Below are positions 1 to 6,656 of a stretch of DNA of 64,000 nucleotides, in pieces (position 1 is the stretch's first letter; each line of letters starts with the position of its first letter). The DNA lies in the IMG/VR virus record IMGVR_UViG_3300037722_001090. The stretch is one strand, 5' to 3'. The notes beneath the pieces were generated by a model. It ran no database searches and was not told the origin of the DNA. It worked only from the letters and a program-made list of their open reading frames with translations. This DNA comes from a virus (taxonomy: Duplodnaviria > Caudoviricetes). The position numbers were made by a program, and so were the translations under genes.

Positions 1-5
1 AACTT

Positions 6-78
6 TGGTACCGCTGCAGGGAGTTGATACCCCGATTTCCTAGTGGTGTACTAATGGTATTGCTTATACGACAGCGAT
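6..78 (-). tRNA. atypical tRNA-like gene (CCA end, non-canonical T loop, anticodon loop TACACCA)
   Basis: Acceptor ATCGCTG/CAGCGGT + A-CCA, D stem GTAT/ATAC; T loop TATCAAC lacks TTC; anticodon stem imperfect. Confidence 0.5.
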
Positions 79-84
79 AAATTT

Positions 85-162
85 TGGTGCCAGGTATCGG
101 AATTTAACCGTTTTTCGAAGACATAGGTAATGATCCTAATCCCCAGTGCTGCATAACCAGAC
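85..162 (-). tRNA. atypical tRNA-like gene (loop ATCATTA, CAT-like)
   Basis: Acceptor GTCTGGT/ACCTGGC + A-CCA, TAGG/CCTA stem around ATCATTA, short T arm CGG-TTAAATT-CCG. Confidence 0.45.
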
Positions 163-178
163 CCAACATGATTTCTTT

Positions 179-264
179 TGGTACCCGACCCCGGACTCGA
201 ACCGGGACGCCTTGCGGCATGGGGCCTAAACCCAACGGCTATACCATAGTTCGCCTAGCCGGGC
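179..264 (-). tRNA. tRNA-Leu(TAG)
   Basis: Full cloverleaf, long variable arm, loop TT-TAG-GC, GTTCGAGTC T arm, CCA encoded. Confidence 0.92.
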
Positions 265-271
265 ACATTGT

Positions 272-787
272 TTAACCATTATATCCTTTAAACCACTCAT
301 CAAGCTCAGGATCTTTATGTCTTTTAACTATAAACTCATAAAGCATAGGCTGATAAGGTTTATAACTTTTCTTGAAATAGCTCATTCCAGCTTCTTCAGG
401 TGTTCTATCTGCTTTTTTCTGATTACAATCATGACAAGCAGATGCTACATTGTCCCAGGTAGTCTTACCTCCCTTAGAGGAAGGAACTACGTGTTCAATT
501 TCAAGTTGTTTTATGGTCAATGATGCGCCACAATAAACACAGCGATAGCCATCTCTTTCAACCATATTTTCTTTGCTGAATCTTAGTCGCTTACCATATA
601 GCCCTTTAGCTAAATCAAACAGCTTTATCTTCTTTGGAACGAAGCTAGTCTCACGTATATTACTCAAGTCACCTTCGTAATCAACAAGAAAGGCTTTGCC
701 GTTTTCAATCATATGCTTAGCGCGTCTGGTTGAAACTTTATTGATGCATGCAAAGTCAGCGTTGAGTACTGAAACTGACCCTTTCAT
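272..787 (-). CDS. HNH endonuclease (McrA-like)
   Basis: RDGYRCVYCG...EHVVPSSKGGKTTWDNVASACHDCNQKK HNH motif. Confidence 0.9.
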   Translation of the reverse strand: MKGSVSVLNADFACINKVSTRRAKHMIENGKAFLVDYEGDLSNIRETSFVPKKIKLFDLAKGLYGKRLRFSKENMVERDGYRCVYCGASLTIKQLEIEHVVPSSKGGKTTWDNVASACHDCNQKKADRTPEEAGMSYFKKSYKPYQPMLYEFIVKRHKDPELDEWFKGYNG

Positions 788-821
788 AATACACACTAGA
801 CCTTTCTTTTTATTTTATTGT

Positions 822-899
822 TGGTGTGACCGAGGAGATTTGAACTCCCGTTCATTGATTCACAGTCAATGCGATTAGCCTAGCTATCTTACAGTCACC
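822..899 (-). tRNA. tRNA-His(GTG)
   Basis: Cloverleaf, loop CT-GTG-AA, extra 5' G, CCA encoded. Confidence 0.9.
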
Positions 900-903
900 A
901 CAT

Positions 904-986
904 TGCAGGTACATGGGGAATCGAACCCAAAAGTGAAGAGTTTTGGAGGCTCTTGCTAACCCAGCTAGCTTTACACTCACGCACCT
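904..986 (-). tRNA. tRNA-Trp(CCA), enlarged D region, no encoded CCA
   Basis: Loop CT-CCA-AA, T arm GGG-TTCGATT-CCC, acceptor AGGTGCG/TGTACCT, ends GCA. Confidence 0.75.
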
Positions 987-989
987 AAA

Positions 990-1400
990 ATCGAGCTAGT
1001 TTTGTACATCGGAAACTAGCAACCTTCTGCTTACTTATCGTGTAAGTGTCCCAGACAATAAACATACAAATAAAGGGCAGGGTTTTTACCTGCATCAATA
1101 GACAATCCTTTCTTAAGGGACTGACCCTCACTAAAGAAGGTTACATATTTATATGCTTATTTTCATATAATGAGTTCTCTCCACTCAATAAGTCAAGCCT
1201 TGAAGCTACATGCAAGTCGCTATGCTTCTTACATATACCTTACCGTCAATACGGAGTATGCCGGCTTTCACCACTTTAATCAATAATCCACTCTTGGCGT
1301 TCCTTCCAAGCGATATCTGTCAATTCAGATCTAAATGGTGCGCATTCATTTTTATGGTACTCTTAGAGGGCTCGTAAGCCAAAACCATGCTATTATTGTT
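990..1400 (-). ncRNA. candidate structured ncRNA
   Basis: About 400 nt with no credible ORF inside the tRNA cluster; serial hairpins (gctagttt/aaactagc, gcagg/cctgc, ccgt/acgg, cttgg/ccaag). Confidence 0.35.
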
Positions 1401-1423
1401 CAGCGTTTAGGAAATATTATTTT

Positions 1424-1469
1424 TGGTTGGGATAACTGGATTTGAACCAGTGACCCCCGAGTTATCAGC
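1424..1469 (-). pseudogene. 3' half of split tRNA-Ile(GAT)
   Basis: GCTGATAA loop, T arm ACTGG-TTCAAAT-CCAGT, TATCCCA-A-CCA; the matching 5' half lies at 2077-2096. Confidence 0.8.
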
Positions 1470-1472
1470 TTT

Positions 1473-1546
1473 TGGTACGCTCACTAAGAATTGAACTTAG
1501 ATGGTCCGGTTATCAGCCGAATCCTCTACCGTTGAGGTATGAGCGT
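1473..1546 (-). tRNA. tRNA-Ile(GAT)
   Basis: Cloverleaf, loop CT-GAT-AA, acceptor ACGCTCA/TGAGCGT, CCA. Confidence 0.88.
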
Positions 1547-1599
1547 ATAGTTTCGAATTTAGTTATTAACACTTATCACATATTGATAAGGAGTTAATA

Positions 1600-2085
1600 A
1601 TGAATTCATGCTTAAATTGTAGTAAAGAAACACTTAATCCAGTATTTTGTTCACGCTCATGTTCTGCTTCCTATGCTAATAAAATAAAGCCAAAACGTAA
1701 GAAAGAGGGTAAATGTGCAATCTGTAATGAAATAATCTCTGCTTCAAGGGCTTATTGTTCAGATATTTGTCGTGGTAAAGCTAGATCTATTGCCCGTAAA
1801 AATTCTAAAGCAAAAACGGGATATGAAAATATAAAAACCCACCGGCAAAAAGTCAAATTAAGAGCCGTACAATATAAAGGAGATAAATGTCAAATATGTA
1901 ATTATGATAAAACACCAGTTAATCTATCATTTCATCATTTAAATCCAGGTAAAAAAGATTTTAACCTTAGTGGTAATTATCACTTAACCTGGGAGACAAT
2001 ACAGGCTGAACTTGATAAATGTATTTTATTATGTATGAATTGTCATGGAGAAGTTCATGTAGGAATTATAAAAATTCCAGACTGA
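1600..2085 (+). CDS. HNH homing endonuclease with N-terminal Cys-rich zinc fingers
   Basis: CxxC...CSxxC repeats, then CQICNYDK...HHLNP...KCILLCMNCHGEVH; antisense to the tRNA cluster. Confidence 0.88.
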   Translation: MNSCLNCSKETLNPVFCSRSCSASYANKIKPKRKKEGKCAICNEIISASRAYCSDICRGKARSIARKNSKAKTGYENIKTHRQKVKLRAVQYKGDKCQICNYDKTPVNLSFHHLNPGKKDFNLSGNYHLTWETIQAELDKCILLCMNCHGEVHVGIIKIPD

Positions 2086-2096
2086 GCTATACCCCA
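2077..2096 (-). pseudogene. 5' half of split tRNA-Ile
   Basis: TGGGGTA-TA-GCTC-AGTCTGG; TGGGGTA pairs with TATCCCA of the 3' half at 1424-1469. Confidence 0.7.
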
Positions 2097-2102
2097 ATAA
2101 AC

Positions 2103-2170
2103 TGTGGAAGAACTGACGAGTCATCGTCAACAGGATATCACTTGCAACCCTACAGGAGGGAAATTCTTCC
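2103..2170 (-). tRNA. degenerate tRNA-like gene
   Basis: Perfect acceptor GGAAGAA/TTCTTCC, T-like arm TGACG/CGTCA, no canonical D/T loop consensus. Confidence 0.4.
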
Positions 2171-2218
2171 ATAACTTTTTTTTAACTGGAGCGGGTAATC
2201 GGGCTACCTGCTTTTTAT

Positions 2219-2293
2219 TAGAGCGGATGGTCGGGATCGAACCGACGACAAACAGTTTGGAAAACTGCAATTCTACCACTGAATTACACCCGC
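2219..2293 (-). tRNA. tRNA-Gly(TCC)
   Basis: Cloverleaf, loop TT-TCC-AA; ends CTA instead of CCA. Confidence 0.92.
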
Positions 2294-2308
2294 ATTGAAC
2301 TTTTTAAC

Positions 2309-2393
2309 TAGTGGGACGGATAGGACTCGAACCTATGAAACCCGAAGGTGGAAGATTTACAGTCTTCTGCAATTGCCACTATGCGACTGTCCC
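2309..2393 (-). tRNA. tRNA-Tyr(GTA)
   Basis: Cloverleaf with long variable arm, loop CT-GTA-AA; ends CTA. Confidence 0.92.
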
Positions 2394-2424
2394 ATGATGC
2401 CACCCATAGGTGGACTTTTATTTA

Positions 2425-2760
2425 TTGATTGGCCCCCTTCTGATCTAAAGAGCATTTAATCAAATCCGCTTGAACCAATCTTCTAGATATAATTGAGGAT
2501 TTTCTTTATAGACGTGAACTCATCCTCTGCAAACATGTCTTTCCGATAAGAGTGTAGGATTATTTTATCTTACGGGAGCTTACTCCGCTACTTCAATACC
2601 GCTAGGCTTCACCTGATTGCTTATGTCAGTCACGCCATCACCGCACATAAGGCGTGCGTCCCAGTTTCCTCTTATCTAGCAACTCAAGCCATAGACGCCT
2701 GATCCGTTCAGGTCAATTAAGAACACGATATCACAATCGGCCCTCTATGGGTTTCGTATT
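2425..2760 (-). ncRNA. candidate structured ncRNA
   Basis: About 330 nt ORF-free; helices GATAAGAG/CTCTTATC, CACGCC/GGCGTG, CCTGA/TCAGG, GGAG/CTCC. Confidence 0.4.
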
Positions 2761-2814
2761 TGGTGCCAGACCAGCTGCAACCATGAATCACAGCTCTCTC
2801 GAGATCCGTCTGGC
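2761..2814 (-). ncRNA. miniature tRNA-like RNA with CCA end
   Basis: Perfect 7-bp GCCAGAC/GTCTGGC + A-CCA, internal AGCTG/CAGCT stem, only 54 nt. Confidence 0.55.
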
Positions 2815-2830
2815 TTTTTGTTAAACTAAT

Positions 2831-2905
2831 TGTGGACCCTATCGGGCTCGAACCGATAACCTCCTAAGTGCAAGTCAGGTGCTCCCCCAGTTGAGCTAAG
2901 GGCCC
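2831..2905 (-). tRNA. tRNA-Ala(TGC)
   Basis: Cloverleaf, loop CT-TGC-AC, G3:T70 pair; CCA not encoded. Confidence 0.92.
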
Positions 2906-2916
2906 ATTGTAAAATT

Positions 2917-2990
2917 TGGTCGAAAGTGATGGACTTTAACCACCGGCCTCCTCCACCCAAGGAGGTGCCCCTTCACCGGGCCGACTTTCG
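2917..2990 (-). tRNA. atypical tRNA-Pro-like gene with 6-nt anticodon loop
   Basis: C1:G72, A73, CCA; stem CCTCC/GGAGG closes TTGGGT; T loop TTAAAGT. Confidence 0.65.
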
Positions 2991-2997
2991 AAATTTT

Positions 2998-3076
2998 TGG
3001 ATGCGGATGCTAGATTTGAACTAGCGATCTTTTGGTTATGAGCCAAATGGGATAGGCCAGACTTCCCCAATCCGCA
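2998..3076 (-). tRNA. tRNA-Met(CAT)
   Basis: Cloverleaf, loop CT-CAT-AA, CCA. Confidence 0.88.
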
Positions 3077-3102
3077 AAACCATGTAGTTTTTTTTATGAA
3101 AC

Positions 3103-3600
3103 TTAAGAAAGCAAGTTCATTGCTTTAACAAACTTTGAAGCTCCAATGATTTCAGCAGCATCATAAAAAGCATTTACTTCTTCCTGCGTTGCAATACGCA
3201 TATTCTCTTCAGTAAAATGAGGAAGATTATTGCCTACAGCACCACCAATATCGACAGCATTCTTGCCTTGATATACAGCAATAAGCTCTCCAATAGCATA
3301 GCTATGACTGTTAGTATTGTCAAGAAGAAGAATCATAGCACCTTTGGGTGCTCCAAGGACAGAAGGCAGCAAAATATCTTTGGATTTAGTAGTGATCTTT
3401 TCACCAATAAGTTCTCCTACAATACCAATAATATCTCTTTTGCCACCAGAGCAAAAGTTACCCGATCCATTGATAAGAGCTAGAAGCTTTTTAGCCTTCT
3501 CACTAGGCTCTTTCTCTTTTTCAGTATAAGCTTTTTCAAGAATAGCAGACAATTGCTTTGTTGCTTCTAGAGACATTGCTCTAAGTTCTTTCAGATCCAT
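3103..3600 (-). CDS. hypothetical protein
   Basis: ORF; start moved to MDLKEL, which has a purine-rich RBS. Confidence 0.7.
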   Translation of the reverse strand: MDLKELRAMSLEATKQLSAILEKAYTEKEKEPSEKAKKLLALINGSGNFCSGGKRDIIGIVGELIGEKITTKSKDILLPSVLGAPKGAMILLLDNTNSHSYAIGELIAVYQGKNAVDIGGAVGNNLPHFTEENMRIATQEEVNAFYDAAEIIGASKFVKAMNLLS

Positions 3601-3637
3601 TTTAAAATTTCCTAAAAAGTTGTTTAAAGATACGGTG

Positions 3638-3988
3638 TTACATTTCAGAAATAAAACAATGACCATCATGTTCAACGGCCACACGAGTAGCAGGACCTAA
3701 AAGGTCACTATATTTACGAAGCCATAAACTGATTGTTGGTTGTGCTACACCAGTACTGAGAACGGCATTATAAAGCTCCTTGAACTTAATGGGAGCAGAA
3801 AATCTCCCACTTCTTCCACGGCCTAAGCGATAGTTAGGTCCAGCAGCAGCTTCAAGCTCTTTCGCAATAATACGGCGGGCTTTATATCCATATTGAGCAC
3901 CATGTGTAGGTACTCCTGGGATTTCTGCTTGTTGACGAAATTTCACTGCACGACAATCATTAAGCGCTTGTAAAAATTCCTTAGTCAT
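3638..3988 (-). CDS. hypothetical protein
   Basis: ORF with GAGG RBS, co-oriented with neighbours. Confidence 0.65.
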   Translation of the reverse strand: MTKEFLQALNDCRAVKFRQQAEIPGVPTHGAQYGYKARRIIAKELEAAAGPNYRLGRGRSGRFSAPIKFKELYNAVLSTGVAQPTISLWLRKYSDLLGPATRVAVEHDGHCFISEM

Positions 3989-4010
3989 ACTAAAAATTCC
4001 TCAAAAATGT

Positions 4011-4085
4011 TGGCGGCATAGACCGGGATTGAACCGGCAACTTCCTATTCGACAGACAGGCACTCTACCATTGAGTTACTACGCC
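4011..4085 (-). tRNA. tRNA-Asp(GTC)
   Basis: Cloverleaf, loop CT-GTC-GA, G73, CCA. Confidence 0.92.
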
Positions 4086-4094
4086 AGTTAATTT

Positions 4095-4177
4095 TGGCTC
4101 TGAGAGTTGGATTTGAACCAACGACCTCGCTTTTTAAAGGCGGCCACCTACGCGCTCTACCACTGAGCTATCTCAGA
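4095..4177 (-). tRNA. atypical tRNA with about 10 extra nt in the anticodon arm (loop CTTTAAA, possible TTA anticodon)
   Basis: Perfect acceptor TCTGAGA/TCTCAGA, canonical D and T arms, G-CCA; anticodon arm distorted. Confidence 0.7.
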
Positions 4178-4191
4178 ACACTATTCAGTTT

Positions 4192-4270
4192 TGGTTACCA
4201 GGACCGGAGTTGCACCGATGACCACCTACCCGTGTAGATAAGTAGCTCTTTTACTGAGTCTTACCCGGCA
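4192..4270 (-). tRNA. atypical tRNA, 8-nt anticodon loop ATCTACAC (TAC- or CTA-like)
   Basis: Acceptor TGCCGGG/CCTGGTA, T loop TGCAACT, CCA. Confidence 0.6.
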
Positions 4271-4284
4271 ACATAATTTTTTAT

Positions 4285-4360
4285 TAGCAGTCGCACCGAG
4301 GATCGAACTCGGCTCTCAATCTTGAAAGGATTGCGTCCTGGCCTACTAGACGATGCAACC
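4285..4360 (-). tRNA. tRNA-Glu(TTC)
   Basis: Cloverleaf, loop CT-TTC-AA; ends CTA. Confidence 0.92.
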
Positions 4361-4375
4361 AAAAACCTTAAGTAA

Positions 4376-4453
4376 TGGAGCCCACTATCGGATTCGAACC
4401 GATGACCTACGGGTTACAAATCCGTTGCTCTGGCCGAACTGAGCTAAGCGGGC
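4376..4453 (-). tRNA. tRNA-Thr(TGT)
   Basis: Cloverleaf, loop TT-TGT-AA, CCA. Confidence 0.93.
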
Positions 4454-4460
4454 AATTAAT

Positions 4461-4534
4461 TGGTGGGCCTTATCAGACGTTACCCTGATCCAACTGCATG
4501 TACTGTGCAGCTGAGCAACTTACACTATCGTCCC
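4461..4534 (-). tRNA. degenerate tRNA-like gene
   Basis: CCA end, GCTGC/GCAGT stem with 9-nt loop, ATCAG/CTGAT T-like stem, weak acceptor. Confidence 0.4.
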
Positions 4535-4560
4535 ATATTAAATTTTTTATTACTACTTAT

Positions 4561-4652
4561 TGGCTCCCCAGAGTGGGCTCGAACCACTATACCGCTCTCG
4601 CGGAATACACTTGATTAACAGTCAAGCCTCTTACCAATTAGAGTACCGAGGA
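4561..4652 (-). tRNA. tRNA-Asn(GTT) with long variable arm
   Basis: Loop CT-GTT-AA, G73, CCA; extra CCGC-GAGA-GCGG hairpin in the variable region. Confidence 0.88.
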
Positions 4653-5189
4653 ATGGTATTTTTTATATCTTTTTCTTACAGCAGCTTCAGAAATATCTAG
4701 TATCTCTGAAATTTGTACATTAGTCATGGTCTTTTTTAGTTCTGTTAAATCTATTTTATCCCAATTGACTTTTCCTGATAGCTTAGCTGCACAATTATGA
4801 GAACAAGTTTTATTATACATTGGTTTTGAAGCACCACAAACAGGACACTCATTAATTTTAACAGTTATCATCTTGTATTCAGCATATTTTTCATTAAAAT
4901 ATTGTTTAACTTCAGGACTAGTTCTTATTCCTGAATGTATTTCGCAATGACAATTATGACATAAAAGAATACATTTTCTTAATTCTATAATAATTTTTTC
5001 CCAAGCCTTAGGATTACCTCTTATTGCTCCAAGAGTAAATTCTTTTTTACTAGGATCAAGATGGTGCAAAGCTAACGCGTCATTACACTTATCATATCCA
5101 CAACAAGAGCATTTACCTCCCATTGATAATACAATTCTTTCTTTTGTTTTTTTACGCCACTCTTTAACACGCTCAGAACCTTCACTCAT
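4638..5189 (-). CDS. HNH homing endonuclease with C-terminal zinc finger and HTH
   Basis: CSCCGYDK...HHLDP...KCILLCHNCHCEIH, then CPVCG...CSHNC and an HTH-like C-terminus; stop codon lies inside tRNA-Asn. Confidence 0.88.
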   Translation of the reverse strand: MSEGSERVKEWRKKTKERIVLSMGGKCSCCGYDKCNDALALHHLDPSKKEFTLGAIRGNPKAWEKIIIELRKCILLCHNCHCEIHSGIRTSPEVKQYFNEKYAEYKMITVKINECPVCGASKPMYNKTCSHNCAAKLSGKVNWDKIDLTELKKTMTNVQISEILDISEAAVRKRYKKYHSSVL

Positions 5190-5279
5190 AGAACCTCCAA
5201 CATAATTATTAACTATACATGTTAATAACTACATTATGGTTCTAAGAGTTTTACATTTTTAAAACGAGCACTGGGAGCT

Positions 5280-5334
5280 TGGTACTCTCTATCACGATCA
5301 AGTCGTGCTTCGCCTACCAGTTTTATCTAGTACT
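5280..5334 (-). ncRNA. miniature tRNA-like RNA candidate
   Basis: CCA end, CACGA/TCGTG hairpin, short terminal GTACT/AGTAC pairing. Confidence 0.3.
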
Positions 5335-5356
5335 TAGACTCATTTTAATAATTTAT

Positions 5357-5429
5357 TACCCAAGAACAAACGAAAACAGTGTTGGTTTCAATTCAAAGGT
5401 GAAGTAACTGTTTTCTAACACTATGGGTA
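5357..5429 (-). ncRNA. short Y-RNA-like hairpin RNA (paralogue of 6131-6284)
   Basis: TACCCA/TGGGTA and GAAAACAG/CTGTTTTC stems; shares TAGTGnTAGA...AGTTACTTC and TCG..TGTTCT with 6131-6284. Confidence 0.6.
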
Positions 5430-5448
5430 TATTTTTAACTTTTTCTTA

Positions 5449-5525
5449 TGGTCGGAATAGCAAGAATCGAACTTGCGACCTCTCCCTCCCAAGGGGAGCG
5501 CTCTACCAGGCTGAGCCATATTCCG
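5449..5525 (-). tRNA. tRNA-Pro(TGG)
   Basis: Cloverleaf, loop CT-TGG-GA, CCA. Confidence 0.93.
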
Positions 5526-6130
5526 AAAATATAATTAGTCTATACATGTTTGTCTTTTTAGGAGACTGGTTATAACCCAGTATAGTAGGTATCTGCCTAT
5601 TGACAGAATTTTGCCACACTAATTTAATACATTATTTAATTGTCAATGAACTTAATCAACACTACGAAATAGATTAGTTGAAAGCTTAATCATATCATTC
5701 GATATATTGATTTCAAATTTTTTAAAAAGAACAACTACAAAAATAGCAAAAATTAAACATAAATACCAAAACATAGCGTATCCTTAAATTAAAAAACCGC
5801 AGGGATTATCTCCGCTGCGGCTAAAATAAGAATATGTATTATATTACTTAAGTAGTTACGCAGCTAGTATTAGTTGCCCAGAGATTGCCTAGATTCTTAT
5901 TATCATGGCTAGCAAAGGCTGGTATAAATGGGCGCTCAATAATTTGATACACGGGTACATTCATCTCAAGAGGTTTAAGTCTTGAATTGCATGAATAGCA
6001 CGCTTGTGTTTGAGCTAAAGAGCAACAACAGATCATTTTACTAATACTTCCTTTTCAAAAATAGCACGACTTGTGTGCTTATGTTTGTTAATAACTGGTT
6101 ATGTTTTTTTACGGAAAACTTTATTTAAGA

Positions 6131-6284
6131 TGCTAGAGAACATGCGATAAGAGAGATGGCCGAAGCCGTTCATACCGGTGCGTTTACCAATTTCGCCACC
6201 CCTCCATAAAAGTGGAGGACGCAGGACTCGAACCTGCAAATATCCGGTCCCAATAGAAGTAACTCTTATCTATCACTACTAGCA
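6131..6284 (-). ncRNA. YrlA-like Y RNA (circularly permuted tRNA mimic)
   Basis: Order is T arm (GCAGG-TTCGAGT-CCTGC), loop-closed acceptor stem (TCCTCCA/TGGAGGG), D arm (TGGCGAAATTGGTAAACGC), carried on ACCGG/CCGGT, GATAAGAG/CTCTTATC and TGCTAG/CTAGCA stems; 1.2 kb downstream of Ro60. Confidence 0.82.
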
Positions 6285-6289
6285 ATCAA

Positions 6290-6652
6290 TTAATTTTTAC
6301 GATCGACTTTGACGAAGATCTCATTAGGTGCTTCAGGAAAGTATTTAAAAAGAGCAGGACAAAGCCATCCTTCAATTCCAATTACATCCTTAACAACACA
6401 GTCCGTAATAGTATACCAGTTGCCGCCCCACTCTTCGCGTGTACGAACGAGAGAGATTTGGCTACCAGGGAAATTACTAGCAGAGAAGGTAAGAGCAACA
6501 CCTTTCTCTGCTTCAGGAATATCACCAGTAAGTGCATCAATCATAAAATTGATTGCACCAACAAAAGGTTCACGAACAAGACCAACTTTGTCATCATCAA
6601 ACGCCCAGATGCCACCGTTCCTGTACGGATAGATAACCATCAGTGCATTCAT
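6290..6652 (-). CDS. DUF6717-like conserved phage protein
   Basis: IYPY...WAFDD...L.REPFV.G...GWLCPALFKYF pattern (recalled family). Confidence 0.7.
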   Translation of the reverse strand: MNALMVIYPYRNGGIWAFDDDKVGLVREPFVGAINFMIDALTGDIPEAEKGVALTFSASNFPGSQISLVRTREEWGGNWYTITDCVVKDVIGIEGWLCPALFKYFPEAPNEIFVKVDRKN

Positions 6653-6656
6653 ATGA

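Noticed and set aside
2188-2212. Separate tRNA at tggagcgggtaatcgggc
   Set aside because: Only a 25-nt remnant resembling a tRNA-Gly 3' end, next to the intact tRNA-Gly
2425-2814. tmRNA or RNase P RNA
   Set aside because: No GGGGC.../...CCACCA tRNA-Ala-like domain or tag ORF; GAGGAAAC only partly matches the RNase P GAGGAAAGUCC and the 3' consensus is missing
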